NCBI GenBank assembly: GCA_964057225.1
Contig: OZ059898.1
Coordinates: 1,178,001-1,242,000, forward strand
Source of the DNA: Auanema rhodensis
Taxonomy: Eukaryota > Animalia > Nematoda
Length of the DNA: 64,000 bases
Direction of reading: 5' to 3'
Shown: in pieces, positions 55,603 to 64,000 of the stretch
Position numbering within the stretch: the first letter of the stretch is position 1
How the letters are laid out: every line of letters starts with the position of its first letter
The notes under the pieces: model-generated
Told to the model about the DNA's origin: nothing
Databases searched by the model: none
What the model saw: the letters and a program-made list of their open reading frames with translations, nothing else
Program-made: the position numbers and the translations under genes

Positions 55603-58600
55603 TAGTGCATTCGATGCGGATTTTTAAGCTGCGTCGATCTGTGTTATCAGATTTGCGCTAGCTTAAAAATGCACCGAGATATCAACTGGTATAAGTTCAC
55701 ACTTATATCCTCGATTTTAACCCTGAAGAATTAATTTTTTCGTCGAATAACATTGTCCATCGTCTTTGCCTTGAAAAAAGGAATCTAAAAACATCTACTT
55801 TTTGCTAAATTATCTTGAAATTTTTCGAAAAAATTTTTGTCAAAATGTTTTTGGAAGCAATGTTGAGTGTACATGGAAACTCAACATACACTAATGCATC
55901 ATTTTTCAAACGATCATAACTAATTTCTGTATTAAGCGTTTCTCAATGTAGTATAGTGCATTCGATGCGGATTTTTAAGCTGCGTCGATCTGTGTTATCA
56001 GATTTGCGCTAGCTTAAAAATGCACCGAGATATCAACTGATATAAGTTCACACTTATATCCTCGATTTTCACCCTGAAGAATTAATTTTTTCGTTGAATA
56101 ACATTGTCCATCGTCTTTGCCTTGAAAAAAGGAATCTAAAAACATCTACTTTTTGCTAAATTATTTTGAAATTTTTCGAAAAAATTTTTGTCAAAATGTT
56201 TTTGGAAGCAATGTTGAGTGTACATGGAAACTCAACATACACTAATGCATTATTTTTCAAACGATCATAACTAATTTTTGTATTAAGCGTTTCTCAATGT
56301 AGTATAGTGCATTCGATGCGGATTTTTAAGCTGCGTCGATCTGTGTTATCAGATTTGCGCTAGCTTAAAAATGCACCGAGATATCAACTGATATAAGTTC
56401 ACACTTATATCCTCGATTTTCACCCTGAAGAATTAATTTTTTCGTTGAATAACATTGTCCATCGTCTTTGCCTTGAAAAAAGGAATCTAAAAACATCTAC
56501 TTTTTGCTAAATTATTTTGAAATTTTTCGAAAAAATTTTTGTCAAAATGTTTTTGGAAGCAATGTTGAGTGTACATGGAAACTCAACATACACTAATGCA
56601 TCATTTTTCAAACGATCATAACTAATTTTTGTATTAAGCGTTTCTCAATGTAGTATAGTGCATTCGATGCGGATTTTTAAGCTGCGTCGATCTGTGTTAT
56701 CAGATTTGCGCTAGCTTAAAAATGCACCGAGATATCAACTGGTATAAGTTCACACTTATATCCTCGATTTTCACCCTGAAGAATTAATTTTTTCGTTGAA
56801 TAACATTGTCCATCGTCTTTGCCTTGAAAAAAGGAATCTAAAAACATCTACTTTTTGCTAAATTATTTTGAAATTTTTCGAAAAAATTTTTGTCAAAATG
56901 TTTTTGGAAGCAATGTTGAGTGTACATGGAAACTCAACATACACTAATGCATCATTTTTCAAACGATCATAACTAATTTTTGTATTAAGCGTTTCTCAAT
57001 GTAGTATAGTGCATTCGATGCGGATTTTTAAGCTGCGTCGATCTGTGTTATCAGATTTGCGCTAGCTTAAAAATGCACCGAGATATCAACTGATATAAGT
57101 TCACACTTATATCCTCGATTTTCACCCTGAAGAATTAATTTTTTCGTTGAATAACATTGTCCATCGTCTTTGCCTTGAAAAAAGGAATCTAAAAACATCT
57201 ACTTTTTGCTAAATTATTTTGAAATTTTTCGAAAAAATTTTTGTCAAAATGTTTTTGGAAGCAATGTTGAGTGTACATGGAAACTCAACATACACTAATG
57301 CATCATTTTTCAAACGATCATAACTAATTTTTGTATTAAGCGTTTCTCAATGTAGTATAGTGCATTCGATGCGGATTTTTAAGCTGCGTCGATCTGTGTT
57401 TTCAGATTTGCGCTAGCTTAAAAATGCACCGAGATATCAACTGATATAAGTTCACACTTATATCCTCGATTTTCACCCTGAAGAATTAATTTTTTCGTTG
57501 AATAACATTGTCCATCGTCTTTGCCTTGAAAAAAGGAATCTAAAAACATCTACTTTTTGCTAAATTATTTTGAAATTTTTCGAAAAAATTTTTGTCAAAA
57601 TGTTTTTGGAAGCAATGTTGAGTGTACATGGAAACTCAACATACACTAATGCATCATTTTTCAAACGATCATAACTAATTTTTGTATTAAGCGTTTCTCA
57701 ATGTAGTCTAGTGCATTCAATGCGGATTTTTAAGCTGCGTCGATCTGTGTTATCAGATTTGCGCTAGCTTAAAAATGCACCGAGATATCAACTGATATAA
57801 GTTCACACTTATATCCTCGATTTTCACCCTGAAGAATTAATTTTTTCGTTGAATAACATTGTCCATCGTCTTTGCCTTGAAAAAAGGAATCTAAAAACAT
57901 CTACTTTTTGCTAAATTATTTTGAAATTTTTCGAAAAAATTTTTGTCAAAATGTTTTTGGAAGCAATGTTGAGTGTACATGGAAACTCAACATACACTAA
58001 TGCATCATTTTTCAAACGATCATAACTAATTTTTGTATTAAGCGTTTCTCAATGTAGTATAGTGCATTCGATGCGGATTTTTAAGCTGCGTCGATCTGTG
58101 TTATCAGATTTGCGCTAGCTTAAAAATGCACCGAGATATCAACTGGTATAAGTTCACACTTATATCCTCGATTTTAACCCTGAAGAATTAATTTTTTCGT
58201 CGAATAACATTGTCCATCGTCTTTGCCTTGAAAAAAGGAATCTAAAAACATCTACTTTTTGCTAAATTATCTTGAAATTTTTCGAAAAAATTTTTGTCAA
58301 AATGTTTTTGGAAGCAATGTTGAGTGTACATGGAAACTCAACATACACTAATGCATCATTTTTCAAACGATCATAACTAATTTCTGTATTAAGCGTTTCT
58401 CAATGTAGTATAGTGCATTCGATGCGGATTTTTAAGCTGCGTCGATCTGTGTTATCAGATTTGCGCTAGCTTAAAAATGCACCGAGATATCAACTGATAT
58501 AAGTTCACACTTATATCCTCGATTTTCACCCTGAAGAATTAATTTTTTAGTTGAATAACATTGTCCATCGTCTTTGCCTTGAAAAAAGGAATCTAAAAAC

Positions 58601-61600
58601 ATCTACTTTTTGCTAAATTATTTTGAAATTTTTCGAAAAAATTTTTGTCAAAATGTTTTTGGAAGCAATGTTGAGTGTACATGGAAACTCAACATACACT
58701 AATGCATCATTTTTCAAACGATCATAACTAATTTTTGTATTAAGCGTTTCTCAATGTAGTATAGTGCATTCGATGCGGATTTTTAAGCTGCGTCGATCTG
58801 TGTTATCAGATTTGCGCTAGCTTAAAAATGCACCGAGATATCAACTGGTATAAGTTCACACTTATATCCTCGATTTTAACCCTGAAGAATTAATTTTTTC
58901 GTCGAATAACATTGTCCATCGTCTTTGCCTTGAAAAAAGGAATCTAAAAACATCTACTTTTTGCTAAATTATCTTAAAATTTTTCGAAAAAATTTTTGTC
59001 AAAATGTTTTTGGAAGCAATGTTGAGTGTACATGGAAACTCAACATACACTAATGCATCATTTTTCAAACGATCATAACTAATTTCTGTATTAAGCGTTT
59101 CTCAATGTAGTATAGTGCATTCGATGCGGATTTTTAAGCTGCGTCGATCTGTGTTATCAGATTTGCGCTAGCTTAAAAATGCACCGAGATATAAACTGAT
59201 ATAAGTTCACACTTATATCCTCGATTTTCACCCTGAAGAATTAATTTTTTCGTTGAATAACATTGTCCATCGTCTTTGCCTTGAAAAAAGGAATCTAAAA
59301 ACATCTACTTTTTGCTAAATTATTTTGAAATTTTTCGAAAAAATTTTTGTCAAAATGTTTTTGGAAGCAATGTTGAGTGTACATGGAAACTCAACATACA
59401 CTAATGCATCATTTTTCAAACGATCATAACTAATTTTTGTATTAAGCGTTTCTCAATGTAGTATAGTGCATTCGATGCGGATTTTTAAGCTGCGTCGTTC
59501 TGTGTTATCAGATTTGCGCTAGCTTAAAAATGCACCGAGATATCAACTGATATAAGTTCACACTTATATCCTCGATTTTCACCCTGAAGAATTAATTTTT
59601 TCGTTGAATAACATTGTCCATCGTCTTTGCCTTGAAGAAAGGAATCTAAACAATTCTACTTTTTGCTAAATTATTTTGAAATTTTTCGAAAAAATTTTTG
59701 TCAAAATGTTTTTGGAAGCAATGTTGAGTGTACATGGAAACTCAACATACACTAATGCATCATTTTTCAAACGATCATAACTAATTTTTGTATTAAGCGT
59801 TTCTCAATGTAGTATAGTGCATTCGATGCGGATTTTTAAGCTGCGTCGATCTGTGTTATCAGATTTGCGCTAGCTTAAAAATGCACCGAGATATAAACTG
59901 ATATAAGTTCACACTTATATCCTCGATTTTCACCCTGAAGAATTAATTTTTTCGTTGAATAACATTGTCCATCGTCTTTGCCTTGAAAAAAGGAATCTAA
60001 AAACATCTACTTTTTGCTAAATTATTCTGAAATTTTTCGAAAAAATTTTTGTCAAAATGTTTTTGGAAGCAATGTTGAGTGTACATGGAAACTCAACATA
60101 CACTAATGCATCATTTTTCAAACGATCATAACTAATTTTTGTATTAAGCGTTTCTCAATGTGATATAGTGCATTCGATGCGGATTTTTAAGCTGCGTCGA
60201 TCTGTGTTATCAGATTTGCGCTAGCTTAAAAATGCACCGAGATATAAACTGATATAAGTTCACACTTATATCCTCGATTTTCACCCTGAAGAATTAATTT
60301 TTTCGTTGAATAACATTGTCCATCGTCTTTGCCTTGAAAAAAGGAATCTAAAAACATCTACTTTTTGCTAAATTATTTTGAAATTTTTCGAAAACATTTT
60401 TGTCAAAATGTTTTTGGAAGCAATGTTGAGTGTACATGGAAACTCAACATACACTAATGCATCATTTTTCAAACGATCATAACTAATTTTTGTATTAAGC
60501 GTTTCTCAATGTAGTATAGTGCATTCGATGCGGATTTTTAAGCTGCGTCGATCTGTGTTATCAGATTTGCGCTAGCTTAAAAATGCACCGAGATATAAAC
60601 TGATATAAGTTCACACTTATATCCTCGATTTTCACCCTGAAGAATTAATTTTTTCGTTGAATAACATTGTCCATCGTCTTTGCCTTGAAAGAAGGAATCT
60701 AAAAACATCTACTTTTTGCTAAATTATTTTGAAATTTTTCGAAAAAATTTTTGTCAAAATGTTTTTGGAAGCAATGTTGAGTGTACATGGAAACTCAACA
60801 TACACTAATGCATCATTTTTCAAACGATCATAACTAATTTTTGTATTAAGCGTTTCTCAATGTGATATAGTGCATTCGATGCGGATTTTTAAGCTGCGTC
60901 GATCTGTGTTATCAGATTTGCGCTAGCTTAAAAATGCACCGAGATATCAACTGATATAAGTTCACACTTATATCCTCGATTTTCACCCTGAAGAATTAAT
61001 TTTTTCGTTGAATAACATTGTCCATCGTCTCTGCCTTGAAAAAAGGAATCTAAAAACATCTACTTTTTGCTAAATTATTTTGAAATTTTTCGAAAAAATT
61101 TTTGTCAAAATGTTTTTGGAAGCAATGTTGAGTGTACATGGAAACTCAACATACACTAATGCATCATTTTTCAAACGATCATAACTAATTTTTGTATTAA
61201 ACGTTTTTCAATGTAGTATAGTGCATTCGATGCGGATTTTTAAGCTGCGTCGATCTGTGTTATCAGATTTGCGCTAGCTTAAAAATGCACCGAGATATAA
61301 ACTGATATAAGTTCACACTTATATCCTCGATTTTCACCCTGAAGAATTAATTTTTTCGTTGAATAACATTGTCCATCGTCTTTGCCTTGAAAAAAGGAAT
61401 CTAAAAACATCTACTTTTTGCTAAATTATTTTGAAATTTTTCGAAAAAATTTTTGTCAAAATGTTTTTGGAAGCAATGTTGAGTGTACATGGAAACTCAA
61501 CATACACTAATGCATCATTTTTCAAACGATCATAACTAATTTTTGTATTAAGCGTTTCTCAATGTAGTATAGTGCATTCGATGCGGATTTTTAAGCTGCG

Positions 61601-64000
61601 TCGATCTGTGTTATCAGATTTGCGCTAGCTTAAAAATGCACCGAGATATAAACTGATATAAGTTCACACTTATATCCTCGATTTTCACCCTGAAGAATTA
61701 ATTTTTTCGTTGAATAAAATTGTCCATCGTCTTTGCCTTGAAAAAAGGAATCTAAAAACATCTACTTTTTGCTAAATTATTTTGAAATTTTTCGAAAAAA
61801 TTTTTGTCAAAATGTTTTTGGAAGCAATGTTGAGTGTACATGGAAACTCAACATACACTAATGCATCATTTTTCAAACGATCATAACTAATTTTTGTATT
61901 AAGCGTTTCTCAATGTGATATAGTGCATTCGATGCGGATTTTTAAGCTGCGTCGATCTGTGTTATCAGATTTGCGCTAGCTTAAAAATGCACCGAGATAT
62001 AAACTGATATAAGTTCACACTTATATCCTCGATTTTCACCCTGAAGAATTAATTTTTTCGTTGAATAACATTGTCCATCGTCTTTGCCTTGAAAAAAGGA
62101 ATCTAAAAACATCTACTTTTTGCTAAATTATTTTGAAATTTTTCGAAAAAATTTTTGTCAAAATGTTTTTGGAAGCAATGTTGAGTGTACATGGAAACTC
62201 AACATACACTAATGCATCATTTTTCAAACGATCATAACTAATTTTTGTATTAAGCGTTTCTCAATGTGATATAGTGCATTCGATGCGGATTTTTAAGCTG
62301 CGTCGATCTGTGTTATCAGATTTGCGCTAGCTTAAAAATGCACCGAGATATAAACTGATATAAGTTCACACTTATATCCTCGATTTTCACCCTGAAGAAT
62401 TAATTTTTTCGTTGAATAACATTGTCCATCGTCTTTGCCTTGAAAGAAGGAATCTAAAAACATCTACTTTTTGCTAAATTATTTTGAAATTTTTCGAAAA
62501 AATTTTTGTCAAAATGTTTTTGGAAGCAATGTTGAGTGTACATGGAAACTCAACATACACTAATGCATCATTTTTCAAACGATCATAACTAATTTTTGTA
62601 TTAAGCGTTTCTCAATGTGATATAGTGCATTCGATGCGGATTTTTAAGCTGCGTCGATCTGTGTTATCAGATTTGCGCTAGCTTAAAAATGCACCGAGAT
62701 ATAAACTGATATAAGTTCACACTTATATCCTCGATTTTCACCCTGAAGAATTAATTTTTTCGTTGAATAACATTGTCCATCGTCTCTGCCTTGAAAAAAG
62801 GAATCTAAAAACATCTACTTTTTGCTAAATTATTTTGAAATTTTTCGAAAAAATTTTTGTCAAAATGTTTTTGGAAGCAATGTTGAGTGTACATGGAAAC
62901 TCAACATACACTAATGCATCATTTTTCAAACGATCATAACTAATTTTTGTATTAAACGTTTTTCAATGTAGTATAGTGCATTCGATGCGGATTTTTAAGC
63001 TGCGTCGATCTGTGTTATCAGATTTGCGCTAGCTTAAAAATGCACCGAGATATAAACTGATATAAGTTCACACTTATATCCTCGATTTTCACCCTGAAGA
63101 ATTAATTTTTTCGTCGAATAACATTGTCCATCGTCTTTGCCTTGAAAAAAGGAATCTAAAAACATCTACTTTTTGCTAAATTATCTTAAAATTTTTCGAA
63201 AAAATTTTTGTCAAAATGTTTTTGGAAGCAATGTTGAGTGTACATGGAAACTCAACATACACTAATGCATCATTTTTCAAACGATCATAACTAATTTCTG
63301 TATTAAGCGTTTCTCAATGTAGTATAGTGCATTCGATGCGGATTTTTAAGCTGCGTCGATCTGTGTTATCAGATTTGCGCTAGCTTAAAAATGCACCGAG
63401 ATATAAACTGATATAAGTTCACACTTATATCCTCGATTTTAACCCTGAAGAATTAATTTTTTCGTTGAATAACATTGTCCATCGTCTTTGCCTTGAAAGA
63501 AGGAATCTAAAAACATCTACTTTTTGCTAAATTATTTTGAAATTTTTCGAAAAAATTTTTGTCAAAATGTTTTTGGAAGCAATGTTGAGTGTACATGGAA
63601 ACTCAACATACACTAATGCATCATTTTTCAAACGATCATAACTAATTTTTGTATTAAGCGTTTCTCAATGTAGTATAGTGCATTCGATGCGGATTTTTAA
63701 GCTGCGTCGATCTGTGTTATCAGATTTGCGCTAGCTTAAAAATGCACCGAGATATCAACTGGTATAAGTTCACACTTATATCCTCGATTTTAACCCTGAA
63801 GAATTAATTTTTTCGTCGAATAACATTGTCCATCGTCTTTGCCTTGAAAAAAGGAATCTAAAAACATCTACTTTTTGCTAAATTATCTTAAAATTTTTCG
63901 AAAAAATTTTTGTCAAAATGTTTTTGGAAGCAATGTTGAGTGTACATGGAAACTCAACATACACTAATGCATCATTTTTCAAACGATCATAACTAATTTC

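Larger units (their letters stand above)
1..64000. repeat. Satellite DNA array, 351-bp monomer, 182 complete copies plus a partial copy, head-to-tail, runs off both window ends
   Basis: GTTGAATAACATTGTCCATCG recurs at 1, 352, 703 ... 7021, 14041, 17551 (exact 351 multiples). Later register shifts are fully explained by 17 single-base deletions and one 51-bp deletion (48071 = 1 + 137x351 - 17; 48371 + 44x351 = 63815). Copies differ from consensus at only a few positions each. Confidence 0.99.
43508..64000. repeat. Sub-array fixed for A at monomer position 38, with its own variant set
   Basis: The last AAAATGG allele I see is at 43194. Downstream variants include GATATAAACT, AACTGGTATA, GTCGAATA, GAAAGAAGG, ATTTCTGT, GTAGTCTAG and AAACGTTTTT. 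Confidence 0.85.

Noticed and set aside
1-64000. CRISPR array or other repeat-spacer system
   Set aside because: There are no unique spacers; the sequence between the palindromes is as conserved as the palindromes, and no cas genes are present.
1-64000. 5S rDNA, tRNA, snRNA or spliced-leader tandem gene cluster
   Set aside because: No recognisable 5S, cloverleaf or snRNA sequence. ATTCGATGC (219-227) is only a partial B-box match. An Rfam search was not possible.
1-64000. Embedded transposon insertion or strand inversion
   Set aside because: Monomer start coordinates account for every base, and all units read in the same orientation.

Overview
The whole 64-kb window is one uninterrupted head-to-tail tandem array of an AT-rich 351-bp monomer (about 31% GC by hand count of the consensus), i.e. 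satellite DNA, most likely from eukaryotic (peri)centromeric heterochromatin. It holds 182 complete monomers plus a final partial one (63815-64000), all in one orientation: 164 of 351 bp, 17 of 350 bp (one base lost at the A-run, all within 20008-39997) and one of 300 bp (51-bp deletion at 48130/48131). I see no credible gene, RNA gene, transposon insertion or CRISPR array. The 20 predicted 63-aa ORFs simply mark monomers carrying one SNP that removes a stop codon. Structure is visible at two scales. First, the monomer is built largely from inverted repeats (four hairpins plus an enclosing stem). Second, variants are regionally organised into haplotype domains, with a young 5-mer higher-order repeat containing chimeric monomers (33.7-40 kb), an 8-mer tandem duplication (49.8-55.6 kb) and clustered multi-base variants. 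I cannot name the family or species and cannot support a new protein-coding system. The best candidate for something undescribed is the strongly self-complementary monomer itself. 'Monomer position' below uses the numbering of the first copy (1-351).
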